Shown here: positions 12,976-24,840 of the stretch, piece by piece
Layout: each line of letters opens with the position of its first letter
Numbering within the stretch: the stretch's first letter is position 1
Assembly (NCBI RefSeq): GCF_001194135.2
Contig: NC_068984.1
Location: 40,428,921 to 40,464,084, forward strand
DNA: 35,164 nucleotides
Direction of reading: 5' to 3'
Origin: Octopus bimaculoides
Lineage: Eukaryota
The notes under the pieces: model-generated
The model's input: only the letters and a program-made list of their open reading frames with translations
What the model was told of the DNA's origin: nothing
Databases searched by the model: none
Position numbers and translations under genes: made by a program

Positions 12976-13501
12976 TATTTGTATCTCAATGTATTTTTCT
13001 ACATGAGTCCTTTGCGAATCTAAAACGTCTGATAGTAGTACCGTTTGAATTTTTTTCAATTGTTGACTCAGAATTGTGGGGCTATTCATAATGTTGAACT
13101 CATGATCCTTGATAGAGGGACTTAAATTTCAAGGTTCAGTAATTTCAAACATCAGTCTGTTCTAACAAGCACACAAGCACATACGCTCATATATCGACAC
13201 CATAAACAAGCATAAACTCCCTCAAATGCAACTGCGACGAGAACATAGATCATACTGATTTATGCATCATCATCATCGGAACATACATCATATGCAAAAA
13301 TACATTGTCCATTATAACAAGATGCCTCGCCTTGATTCAATGTTTATAGCGAGCAATAACGTCATAAAGTAAATTATAAACTGGTATGACATTCAACATA
13401 GAGACATTAGACATTTTGAGAACAAGGGGACACACACTTGCACACACATACATACACACAATAAACACGCACTACACCACATTGTTTGGCGGTGGTGGTG
13501 A

Positions 13502-13554
<53 letters not shown>

Positions 13555-13633
13555 CATTGCATAGGTAAATAGTCCCTGTATATGTTTGTGTGCTAGAGCT
13601 TAGATGTACAGGGTATGTATGTATGCATGTATC

Positions 13634-15058
13634 TTTTATTTTTTTAATTATCATAAAGTTTTCACTGAGCAGGGAGCCGGTTTCCAACAAAGACACAAGG
13701 CTCCATCTTTGGGATGTAGTTAACACAAACAAGTTCACATTTGGAACTTGAGAAAAGTCTTGCATATTTTTAGTATTCCACTCACAGATTGCACTTGTAA
13801 TGTACGAATTAGCCGGTCGATTTCTCTTTCTGAAAATTCCAGTTTATCCAGTTTATACTTTAAGCATTTACTAACAAAACCTAATGCTCCAGTTATTGTT
13901 GGTATGAATATGAATTCATAGTCTGGATATAGAAGCTGGAGGTTTCGAAGCAGTTGTCCATAGATGTCCTCTTTTTCTTTGATTTTCAATGAGATATTTA
14001 TATCTGCAGGGCAGCTGACCTCTATGATGGTACATAACATTTGCCCCTGTGTCCCAAACAACAATATCCGGACTGTTATATGGGAATATTCCACCAGTAT
14101 TCCTTGAGTTGGTGTTTATGAATGTATTCCATGACAGAAGGATTTTCTAAGTTTATTTCAGGACAATCTTTTTTGCAGATGACATTGTAAATTGTTTTAG
14201 CAACAACATTGTACTGCATAGGTAGGTAGTACCGTGACGACATCTTAGGACAGCTGCTAATCACATGCGCGATGTCTTTCACAGAAACATAACATAGCCT
14301 ACATATGTGGTTGCACCTTGGAATTACAAGAGTGTCACAGTTTCTCTCGTTCACCAGGTACTTTGTGACAATCTCTTGTTCCTGGATTGCAAACGCATAG
14401 CCTTCAAAGTGTAATGTGATATAGTAGTCTTATGACCAAGAGAGGCTGCACTTCGTGTTAATTCTACTGTTTTCTTCAATCTTCTGGGCAGCATACCCAT
14501 GCATAGTCTTTTTTTCTTGTGTGCTGAGTGCTTTCTATCCAGGTCTTCTCTGATGTAAGAAAGCCCAGCTGGTTTGGGGATATATAGGACATCATCAGGA
14601 AGAGAGTGCTTCTAGAGGAGTTTACTGCCAAATCGTACAATGTTGCTCACTTCACTTTTCAACACTGCATTTATATATTTATTTTTACTGCTGTTGTTCA
14701 GCAGGTGCTGCCTGAGTGATACCATACGGCATTCGAAGGTCGTCTGCATTGATCTCAAGCCTCTACCGCCTTCATTTCTTCTTAGGTAGAGCCTGTCAAC
14801 ATCACGGCTTCTGTGGAAGTTCCCAGTTGATATCAGGATTTTGCGGGCTTTGATATCTACGGTGTGGATTTCCTCTACAGACCAATCAAGTATCCTAAAT
14901 GTTAGGATCAGCACTGGTACTGCAAATGCATTGTGGGATTGTTTTATTGTAAGAGGAGAGTTCCGACTGCCATATTTTCCTAAGTCTGGTGTAATATTCT
15001 CGGGTCACTCTATCTTTATTCACAGTGTCTTCATATGATACATGTTCATCTATGCCTT
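13634..15058 (-). mobile_element. 5'-truncated R4/Dong-clade non-LTR retrotransposon: RT thumb, CCHC knuckle, restriction-like endonuclease and ~100-bp 3' UTR; pseudogenised
   Basis: Minus translation GIDEHVSYEDTVNKDRV..RLRKIWQSELSSYNK..NAFAVPVL..DW..DIKARKIL..GNFHRSRDVDRLYLRRNEGGRGL; HFEGYAFAIQEQEIVTKY; CRLC..KDIAHVISSC; WWNIPI; NSPDIVVWD..CTIIEVSCPAD (PD-(D/E) RLE); ends FLKFQM* at 13735. Several stops and frameshifts. Confidence 0.9.
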
Positions 15059-15826
15059 TGTTTAGAATGTATGTATGTATGTATGTATGTTTGTGTGTTC
15101 ATATGTAAATGTATATATGTATGTGTGCGTGTGTGTGTATATACACACACACATATCAAAAGTGCACGATCACATGCATGTATAAGCAATCTCAGATATG
15201 AACAAGTACCCTCCGTCACCACATACACACACTAACGTACACACACCCATGTACACACGCACACACTCATAAATTTATTTGACACACATGTTTACATCAA
15301 TATATATGTATGTATATGTCTAGTATAGTGAAGAGTAATTTATTTTTATTCCGTTTCGGATATAGTTATTAATAAAACACTGAATCCTTTTGACTATACC
15401 ATCTGGAGTTTTTAAAAGGGGCTTTGTCCCGAAACATAAGCAGCAACACATTTTACGGAACGGACAATGGAAAAAGTTAGAAACCTTAATAGTAGGTGTT
15501 GACCTTTAGTAATAGATATGTCACGTAATAAGGATAAAAAGAGAATAAAAAAAGAATATTTTAGTGATCTATTATCATATGTGATCTGCAAATGGATAGG
15601 CTTAAAACATCGACGTTAATGAAATCAATCATTAACCAAACAGAAAAGAAGAAAATAAAACAAGACGAATGAGACGTGAAATAAAATATAAGTCGTGTAT
15701 ATATATATACGTATACATATATGTCAGTGCACACACCTGCTAGTGAACCAGGCTATAATGTAAAGAAGTTGACTTGATGACCACTCATAATTCACCGGCC
15801 TCGGCTGATATGACAGCGAAGAATAC

Positions 15827-15852
15827 ACCACCACCACCACCACCACCACCAT

Positions 15853-15897
<45 letters not shown>

Positions 15898-15900
15898 CAC
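15827..15900. repeat. Compound (ACC)n(ACT)n microsatellite
   Basis: Directly visible. Confidence 0.95.
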
Positions 15901-16236
15901 TTAATCTCGGTTATTTTGCAAGTAAATTCGGTTGTACAGTGACTTAGCTAGAAGCATATGTAAAGGCTAAGTTAAAATGTCTCAGGATTGCAACTTTCTG
16001 TTTAAATTTTCTTGTTCTCTTCTTCTTTTTTCCTACTTGCTAAAAATATGACTGATTTCGGCAAATTAAAAAAAAAAATTGCCTCTCTTTCTGCTATGTA
16101 GTATAATAAATATATTGATTGGTAAATAAACAATTTTTAGCTTGAAGGATGCAAACAACCAGGATTCGAAACTGGGCCGTAGTTGTGTTTTGATGGAAAT
16201 TTTCTGCTTTTTTTAGCAGCATATATATTATATATA

Positions 16237-16461
16237 CAGTAATCCCTCGCCATATTGCGGTTCACCTATCATGATTCACCTATCGCGATTCACCTATCGT
16301 GGTTTAATATTTAACCTTACGTCCATTCCTCCGTGGTGTTGTTTTGCATTTATAATAAAATAAATATATACAAATTCTAAAAATATAAAAGAATACAGTA
16401 GAATACTGTTTCTACTTTGCGGATTTTCATGGTGTAGTTTGGAACGTAACACCCGCGATAG
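16237..16461. mobile_element. Tigger/pogo-like (Tc1/mariner) MITE, right end truncated
   Basis: TA followed by CAGTAATCCCTCGCC (Tigger-type terminus); 3 x 14-bp TTCACCTATC(A/G)(T/C)G(A/G) repeat at 16261-16302; right subterminal GGAACGTAACACCCGCGATAG lacks the final TIR. Confidence 0.6.
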
Positions 16462-16941
16462 TATACTCACATATACTCCAACATATATATTATATATACT
16501 CACATATGTCTGTCTGTCCGCCTGTATGTATGTGTGTATGATGTACACATGTAAATATACCACACCATACCACACTCAAACACAATTATATTCAACCTTT
16601 GTTTCAGGAATTGACTATAGAGAAGTGCTAAGTTCTTAGCGAGCTGAGCCCGAAATAAAGCTTGATTTGCTATTATGCATTCGCGTTGTTTTGCATTATT
16701 ATTAGTTTGGTCTATGGATGAGGCATTTAGACCGTTGGAATATAACATGTGCTTATTGCATTCAACTTTTTATATATAATTTCCACATTTAATCGCATGA
16801 AAAATGTGCAGATTAAACAGTTAAAGTCCCCAAACTCTGAAGAATGCCAAATGAAAGAAAAAAAAGAATCCGTCCGTTCAAAATATTACCATCGAAAGAT
16901 ATTTCAAATACTGAAAGTCGTTCCATTATTAGAGTTCACAA

Positions 16942-17156
16942 AAGGGCAGCGAGCTGGCAGAATCGTTAGCACGCCAGGAAAACTGCTTTGCGGTATTTTG
17001 TCCGTCTTTATGTTCTGAGTTCAAATTCCGCCGCCGTCGACTTTGTCTTTCGTCCTTTCTCTGTCGATTAAATAAGTTCCAGTTACGCAGTGGGCTCGAT
17101 GTTATTGACTTAATCCCCTCACCCGAATTTGAGGTCATGTGTTTCCAGTAGAAAGG
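16942..17156 (+). mobile_element. SINE family A, first copy of tandem pair
   Basis: Head, B-box, core and tail all present; preceded by ATTATTAGAGTTCACAA (16925-16941). Confidence 0.9.
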
Positions 17157-17170
17157 ATTATGAGAGTTCA

Positions 17171-17373
17171 GGAAGGCGGCGAGCTGGCAGAATCATTAAC
17201 TTGCCGAGCGAAATGCACAGCCCGTCGCTACGTTCTGAGTTCAAATTCCGCCGAGGTTTACTTAGCCTTTCATCCTTTCGGGGTCGGTGAAATAAGCACC
17301 AGTTGAGCATTGGGTCGATGTAATCGACTGCACTCATTTCCAGAAAATCCAGGCCTTGTGCCTATAACAAGGG
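17171..17373 (+). mobile_element. SINE family A, second copy of tandem pair
   Basis: Head, B-box, core and tail present; followed by ATTATTAGAGTTCACAA (17374-17390). Confidence 0.9.
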
Positions 17374-18865
17374 ATTATTAGAGTTCACAATCAGTTGGTT
17401 TCTCTATTATCGATGTAATGTCCACAACGCTGCATAACTGCATAACAGAAACTGGAGTAGCTCTTAAGTAGTGTATGCAAATAATTCAGCTTTAAACAGG
17501 TTCTAATTTTCTACAAACCTCATATGAGATTCACAATGAAATATTGCCTCTACGTCTAGGATGGAGTTACTATTGTTCTCCCAGATATTCTTAACCACAT
17601 CCAAAACACCAATAAACTTAAAGATTACTGATTAATATGGAGTCATTCACTAAAACATTCTTGCCTCTGGTTAAGAGATATACTCTCTCCTCTGTTTTTT
17701 TTTTTTATGCTGCTACAATAGNNNNNNNNNNNNNNNNNNNNNNNNNNNNNNNNNNNNNNNNNNNNNNNNNNNNNNNNNNNNNNNNNNNNNNNNNNNNNNN
17801 NNNNNNNNNNNNNNNNNNNNNNNNNNNNNNNNNNNNNNNNNNNNNNNNNNNNNNNNNNNNNNNNNNNNNNNNNNNNNNNNNNNNNNNNNNNNNNNNNNNN
17901 NNNNNNNNNNNNNNNNNNNNNNNNNNNNNNNNNNNNNNNNNNNNNNNNNNNNNNNNNNNNNNNNNNNNNNNNNNNNNNNNNNNNNNNNNNNNNNNNNNNN
18001 NNNNNNNNNNNNNNNNNNNNNNNNNNNNNNNNNNNNNNNNNNNNNNNNNNNNNNNNNNNNNNNNNNNNNNNNNNNNNNNNNNNNNNNNNNNNNNNNNNNN
18101 NNNNNNNNNNNNNNNNNNNNNNNNNNNNNNNNNNNNNNNNNNNNNNNNNNNNNNNNNNNNNNNNNNNNNNNNNNNNNNNNNNNNNNNNNNNNNNNNNNNN
18201 NNNNNNNNNNNNNNNNNNNNNNNNNNNNNNNNNNNNNNNNNNNNNNNNNNNNNNNNNNNNNNNNNNNNNNNNNNNNNNNNNNNNNNNNNNNNNNNNNNNN
18301 NNNNNNNNNNNNNNNNNNNNNNNNNNNNNNNNNNNNNNNNNNNNNNNNNNNNNNNNNNNNNNNNNNNNNNNNNNNNNNNNNNNNNNNNNNNNNNNNNNNN
18401 NNNNNNNNNNNNNNNNNNNNNNNNNNNNNNNNNNNNNNNNNNNNNNNNNNNNNNNNNNNNNNNNNNNNNNNNNNNNNNNNNNNNNNNNNNNNNNNNNNNN
18501 NNNNNNNNNNNNNNNNNNNNNNNNNNNNNNATAATAAAAATAATAATTTTACTTTTTATTAGGTACAGTAAAAAGAGAAAAAAAAAGAAGGAAAGAAAAA
18601 AAAAATTACGTGAAAATTGTCACGCCGCACACGCCATTATTTCCCGTTCTCCTACGCCTCACCAAAGCAAAGATCAGACGTTCTCCTACAACTCTAGTAA
18701 AGTAGAGATCAGTCTTTCCATTGTAACATTGTTTCCATCTAAGTGCCGTCATGCCTGTGCGTGATTACTACTTTCAACAGCAGACCTGCGGAAATTCAAG
18801 GAAAACAAATATCAATGGAAGGGAAACTGACAAAACTTAATTTCCCAGCAATGATGCTATAAGCT

Positions 18866-18908
<43 letters not shown>

Positions 18909-19329
18909 AATAAACATGTCCGTTTCTGGGCGTAGCTTCCTATCATTCCTGTCACGGAGACTGCCTCAAGAAAAGACAGGCGTGGTTTTTACCCTCCGGT
19001 CTAAAATGAAGACTTTTCTGTATAATGGCGAATTAAAAAGTTGGAGTGTTCATGGCATTTTTCAATGATAACACTGACATCATTGAAGTAAAAATTCCAC
19101 ACGATAACCAAAATTGCATCGCTGATGGCTGGTCGATATCTTATCTTAACTCAATAAGTTATTTGTATTAAATAAAATATAGTTCAGCAATATAGCTGCT
19201 GTTCTTGTGATGTAGCTCCAGTTTAGCCCCAGTATAGAAGACATATAAGACGGAGGAAAACCGGTGAACAAACGGATGGAAATATACAGAGCCATTGTTC
19301 TAGTTAAGTCATTCATTTAATTAACGACA

Positions 19330-19830
19330 GAGTGGGAGTTGGCAGAATTCGTAGAACACTGAACAAAATGACTACCAGTGGTTCCCAAACTATGAGTCGC
19401 GACCCACTGATGGTTCGCGAACGGAATTCTAGTGGGTCGCAAAAAATTATAAAATTACGCATTAGCTTTGATTAACTGCTGTCTATCGAGATAGTTCAAG
19501 ACTCATGTTTTCAATACCAGACTGGTTGTTTTATCAAGCAGTAGGCTTTTATCACGAACTTAACAAATCAGAGGTAGTCATTTTCGCAAGTTATTTATTC
19601 GTACGTAATCGTAAAAAGGAAAAGTCTGTTTTTACCCAGTAGAGTTAAGTGGGTCGCCATAAACTGGTGTCATAAATAGTGGGTCGCGTCTCTAAAAGGT
19701 TTGGGAACCACTGGACTACAGCATTTAGTTACGTCACTTAATGTTGTAGGTTCAAATCTTGCTCGAGTCGATTGTGCTTTTCTTCCTTCTGGGATCAATG
19801 AAATACATGCCAGTTACATAGGCGTAGCCA
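19330..19830 (+). mobile_element. Old SINE family A copy split by a hAT MITE
   Basis: GGAGTTGGCAGAATTCGTAGAACACTGAACAAAATG to the left of the MITE; AGGTTCAAATCTTGCTCGAGTCGATTGTGCTTTTCTTCC..GATCAATGAAATACATGCCAGTT to the right. Confidence 0.65.
19376..19713. mobile_element. Non-autonomous hAT (Charlie-like) MITE, 338 bp
   Basis: Perfect 15-bp TIRs CAGTGGTTCCCAAAC / GTTTGGGAACCACTG; subterminal GTGGGTCGC/GCGACCCAC repeats; GACTAC duplicated on both sides. Confidence 0.9.
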
Positions 19831-19920
19831 GGATTTCGACCGAGGAATTCTCAATTGTTATAGTGGATTCTCCATTAGCCCGTTAATCTGCGAGGAATGC
19901 AAAATTAAAATACACATTAA

Positions 19921-20181
19921 TTTTATCTGTTACTTGCTTCAGTCATGAAGAATTTTTAGTCGAATGAATCGAACTCAGAACTTATTTCTTTAAAGCCTAA
20001 TACATATCCTATCGGTCTATTTTGCCGAACTGCTAGGTTACAGGGATGTAAACAAACCGACACTGGTTGTCAGGCGGTGGTGGGGGACAAAGACACTTTA
20101 TATTTACTTGCACCTACACTCACTCACTCTTACACACAAACATTTATATATGAGTGTATGTATGATTATACATACATAACA

Positions 20182-20217
<36 letters not shown>

Positions 20218-20907
20218 TATATATNNNNNNNNNNNNNNNNNNNNNNNNNNNNNNNNNNNNNNNNNNNNNNNNNNNNNNNNNNNNNNNNNNNNNNNNNNNN
20301 NNNNNNNNNNNNNNNNNNNNNNNNNNNNNNNNNNNNNNNNNNNNNNNNNNNNNNNNNNNNNNNNNNNNNNNNNNNNNNNNNNNNNNNNNNNNNNNNNNNN
20401 NNNNNNNNNNNNNNNNNNNNNNNNNNNNNNNNNNNNNNNNNNNNNNNNNNNNNNNNNNNNNNNNNNNNNNNNNNNNNNNNNNNNNNNNNNNNNNNNNNNN
20501 NNNNNNNNNNNNNNNNNNNNNNNNNNNNNNNNNNNNNNNNNNNNNNNNNNNNNNNNNNNNNNNNNNNNNNNNNNNNNNNNNNNNNNNNNNNNNNNNNNNN
20601 NNNNNNNNNNNNNNNNNNNNNNNNNNNNNNNNNNNNNNNNNNNNNNNNNNNNNNNNNNNNNNNNNNNNNNNNNNNNNNNNNNNNNNNNNNNNNNNNNNNN
20701 NNNNNNNNNNNNNNNNNNNNNNNNNNNNNNNNNNNNNNNNNNNNNNNNNNNNNNNNNNNNNNNNNNNNNNNNNNNNNNNNNNNNNNNNNNNNNNNNNNNN
20801 NNNNNNNNNNNNNNNNNNNNNNNNNNNNNNNNNNNNNNNNNNNNNNNNNNNNNNNNNNNNNNNNNNNNNNNNNNNNNNNNNNNNNNNNNNNNNNNNNNNN
20901 NNNNNNN

Positions 20908-20945
<38 letters not shown>

Positions 20946-21157
20946 CACGCTCATACACGCATGCACATACACGCATATACATATACACACACATATTGAG
21001 CGTCTGCGCAGTCTACCTCAGCCAATCGTACTCAGGACATATTGCCTCACAAGAATCTACCGTAGAAGTCAGTTGCCTGAGGTGCCGCGCAGTTGGATCG
21101 ATCAAAGAACCATGTGATTGCCAAGCGAACTTCTTTACCATACAAGCATGTCTGCGT
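19921..21157 (-). mobile_element. CORE-like SINE, family B, apparently complete, with internal microsatellite and gap
   Basis: 3' part at 19921-20096 (TTACTTGCTTCAGTCAT..GTCGAATGAATCGA..GCCGAACTGCTAGGTTAC..GGTTGTCAGGCGGTGGTGGGGGACAAAGACAC). 5' head at ~21010-21157 (GTAGAAGTCAGTTGCCTGAGGTGCCGCGCAG..AACCATGTGATTG). TACA/TA repeats and gap 20225-20907 lie between them in a consistent orientation. Confidence 0.7.
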
Positions 21158-22844
21158 ACAGGGATGCTACAAGTTTTCTTCCCCCACCTTCCTATCTTAT
21201 GTTAGGGGTTTTAAGACAGAGTTGAACACAATTGCGCTATTTCTCCATAATTAACTAAGCTCAGCAGATTACTTTCGTTTTTACTTTCCATTTTGCTGTA
21301 GGAACATACAGTTCGTTTAGAATACTGGATTAGTTCTTGAAAGCTCCAAGTTTTCCTACAAAACCAGATTGTAATCATGATGCAATTTTCTCACCAATTA
21401 CAGCGAGTCAAATTCCAGCAGTGTAAATATATAAGAAAACAAAGTACAATCATCTACGTCAAACATGTTGTTAAGTACAAATTTATTCTTATTCTTCATT
21501 CTCTTAAATATATTTTTTTCATTTGCTTACTATACATGTTTAGGTGAACAATTTAACGTGATTAAATGTACATTAAAAAGAAGCAAAATATGTTTTAAAA
21601 AAATTACTATTTACTGCACTATGAAGTGAGATAAATATCCCTATTTTAATATACAAATATATGAGCGTATGTATGCACACACACACACACACACACACAC
21701 NNNNNNNNNNNNNNNNNNNNNNNNNNNNNNNNNNNNNNNNNNNNNNNNNNNNNNNNNNNNNNNNNNNNNNNNNNNNNNNNNNNNNNNNNNNNNNNNNNNN
21801 NNNNNNNNNNNNNNNNNNNNNNNNNNNNNNNNNNNNNNNNNNNNNNNNNNNNNNNNNNNNNNNNNNNNNNNNNNNNNNNNNNNNNNNNNNNNNNNNNNNN
21901 NNNNNNNNNNNNNNNNNNNNNNNNNNNNNNNNNNNNNNNNNNNNNNNNNNNNNNNNNNNNNNNNNNNNNNNNNNNNNNNNNNNNNNNNNNNNNNNNNNNN
22001 NNNNNNNNNNNNNNNNTATACATATATATATTTATATATACTTATATATATGTGTGTGTATATATATATATTCATGTATATATTCACACACATACACACA
22101 CACTCATGCATTTATATTCATACACACAGGCATATATATACATGTATGCATGTAGATTTGTATGTTTTATGTATGTATTCTCAATGTTGGTATTTATGCA
22201 GTGTGTTACATATCCCAGGGTCCCAATAATTACTGGTATAAACCTGAACTTGGAATCTGGATAGAGTTACTGTATGTATGTATGTATGTATGTAACTATC
22301 AATCAATCAATCAATCAATCAATCTATCTCTCTATCTATCTATCCACACACACATAAATACATTCATATATATATATGTGCTTATATATATATATATACA
22401 TAAGCACACGCATAAAGCGTTGTATTGACAGAATTGTTTGAATATTGAATAGAAATCTAGAAATATCAGCAGATATTCGTTTCAACTGTTTGCCCTCTGA
22501 ATTCAAATTCTACCGCTGTGGACTTTCTTCCTTTAAGGGATTGATAAAATGTACCGATCGATTCAGGGTGGTAGATAAGCGGTACTTTCAGTTCATTGGA
22601 CAAGAAGAATTGCGATCTCTATGCGTGTGCATCCCATTCTGTTGGACTAGACTTGTGGAGCTGAGAGGAGAAACTTGTATGCATGTGTAATTGCTAGTCT
22701 TCTGATAAAATATGAAAAAGTAGAAAATAGAATTAATAAATAAAACTTTGTTCAGGTTTGCACATACAAGGGAAGATATATGGGAAAGAAATACTGCCTG
22801 ATGTAAGCTTTAGAGACATTTATGCGTATGCATACATATATTTA

Positions 22845-23477
22845 AATATATTTAAATTCCCACCCTAAAAAGCCGTATCATAAGCTAAACAAGAAGCTCT
22901 CATACATACATTAACAAATCCTGTCACCTACCCCAGAGTTCTTAAAAATCTGATAGCTAACATTAATAATAGGATATCAAATATATCTTCTCCTAAACAA
23001 ATATTTGATAAGGTAACTCCCTACTAAAAATAATGTCCTAGCTAACAGCGGCTTCAAAGATAAAATATATTACAACTCTTTAAGTGAAAATATGAATCGT
23101 AAAAATATACAAAAAGAACAGACCAAGGAAATTAGTTTGGTTCGTTCGTCCTTTCTCCCCTAATGTTAAGACTAACGTAAGCAAGAAATTACTCTCTTTT
23201 AGATAAACATTTTCCAATAAATCATAAATACAGGAAAATTTTTAACAGACACTCAATAAAAATATCATACAGCTGCTGCACCAATATGAAGAACATTATA
23301 ACTCGCAAAAATCACCAAGTGACTACTCCCAGCTGTAACTATCGAGACCCTGAAGCTTGCCCACTTGACTAGGCGTGGATGATAAACTCCGTCACATATG
23401 AGACTAAAGTTACAGCTACACTCCAAGGCAAATCAATTGAAAAGAAGAATTACATGGGGTTATATGAGAGCAAATTT
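22845..23477 (+). mobile_element. Penelope-like element fragment: RT thumb, Cys linker and start of GIY-YIG endonuclease; decayed
   Basis: Across frameshifts: PYHKLNKKLSYIH..LIANINNRISNISSPKQIFDKVTPY..LANSGFKDKIYY..WF..PFSPNVKTNVSKK..LDKHFPINHKYRKIFNRHSIKISYSCCTNMKNII..PSCNYRDPEACPLD..NSVTYETKVTA..KKNYMGLYESKF, then an abrupt end. Confidence 0.85.
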
Positions 23478-24381
23478 TCTGTAGTCTTTATCTAGCATAC
23501 CGACTACTCATTAATATGTTCTAGAACAACGCACATCACCAGCCACCAAACGTCATTTCTGACCTCACAACCATGGGCTACTTGTCAACCTATGCATATC
23601 GAAATTAGGGTAAATTCTTCATGCAAACCACCTATCTTCTTTCTGGAACATCGATAAAAGTAATACATACATACATACATATACACGCGCATAAATTCTA
23701 GCTGAATAGCCAGTCGTTTTCGGGTAATTTTCACTATACAATGTCTTTATTTCAATTTTTTTGTTCCATGTCATATAGGCCTCTTGATGAGGACGGATTT
23801 CTGCATTATTTGGGGCAGTTTATAATGTATCGATAAACGAAGTTCTTGTTTTTTTCATCTGGTGCATAGATGTGAATGCCTATTTATAATTCCTACGCTT
23901 GAACATCTAAGGTAAATCTGACCATGGGTGAAGCAGGGCAATTCAAGGCGTAAACCGACAATCAAAAATGCTTGCCGTTGAGATTTGTTGACGGACATGG
24001 CAAAATAAAGACTTACTGGAAATTGAAGTCGTTTAAATTGAAATGGTTTCCTGAATCTTTGCAATGGTGACTCGTGTACATCCTATGCCCGTGTGTTTCC
24101 TGGGACCGTGTTTGCATATCATCAGGTCTATTCCTTCAATGTTCGGGTGTCTCCTGAGTTCGCTGCTGGTGCTTTATGAAGTTTTCTTTTGATTCTGTCA
24201 CCCTAATGAAATTCCTTTTACACATGCATACACACACATACATACACACACGCACATACGTGTATATAAACATAGACACACTCAGCGTGAGAGATATAAA
24301 TATGCAGAGAAAGAGTGAGAAAGCATAAATATATATATATATATATTTAGGGAGGGAGAAAGTTTACAATGAGAAAAGTGT

Positions 24382-24441
<60 letters not shown>

Positions 24442-24840
24442 NNNNNNNNNNCACACTCAGCGTGAGAGATATAAATATGCAGAGAAAGAGTGAGAAAGCA
24501 TAAATATATATATATATATATTCAATTGACTCCATTCTGCCTCTGCACATCTTCTTAAAGTACTGTGGCTGTGTATCAGTTTGTTCTTAAATACTCACAA
24601 CACAAACTAAATGTGCTGAGTTCTACTTTCTTTCCTTTGATCCATCACTCGTATGTGAGAAACTCACACTCAAAGGTATTTCGTACCGTGTAAGAATGAA
24701 GAATTTACCCTCATTTCGATATGCATAGGTCGACAAGTAGCCCATGGTTGTGAGGTCAGAAATAACGTTTGGTGGTTGGTGATGTGCGTTGTTCTAGAAC
24801 ATATTAATGAGTAGTCGGTATGCTAGATAAAGACTACAGA
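23478..24840. repeat. Unit bounded by ~145-bp inverted repeats (23478-23622 and 24696-24840) with flanking AATTT direct repeat
   Basis: The left arm TCTGTAGTCTTTATCTAGCATACCGAC...GGGTAAATTCTTCAT is the reverse complement of the right arm, with 4 substitutions by eye. AATTT at 23473-23477 and 24841-24845. Confidence 0.9.
23698..24046 (-). mobile_element. Helitron 3' fragment: PIF1-like helicase C-terminus and CTAG terminus
   Basis: PFQFKRLQFPVSLYFAMSVNKSQRQAFLIVGLRLELPCFTHGQIYLRCSSVG matches Helitron helicase motifs V/VI (RxQFPxxLxFAMTINKSQGQ..HGQLYVAxSRV). Ends TTACCCGAAAACGACTGGCTATTCAGCTAG: a degenerate hairpin plus CTAG. Confidence 0.85.

Noticed and set aside
16925-17390. Repeat-spacer-repeat pattern superficially like a CRISPR array
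   Set aside because: The spacers are ~200-bp homologous SINE copies and the repeats are TSDs; the context is eukaryotic with no cas genes.
24277-24522. ~70-bp direct repeat (24277-24347 and 24452-24522) around a (GA)n tract
   Set aside because: The second copy begins exactly after a 10-N gap, so this is most likely a contig-overlap or haplotype assembly artefact.
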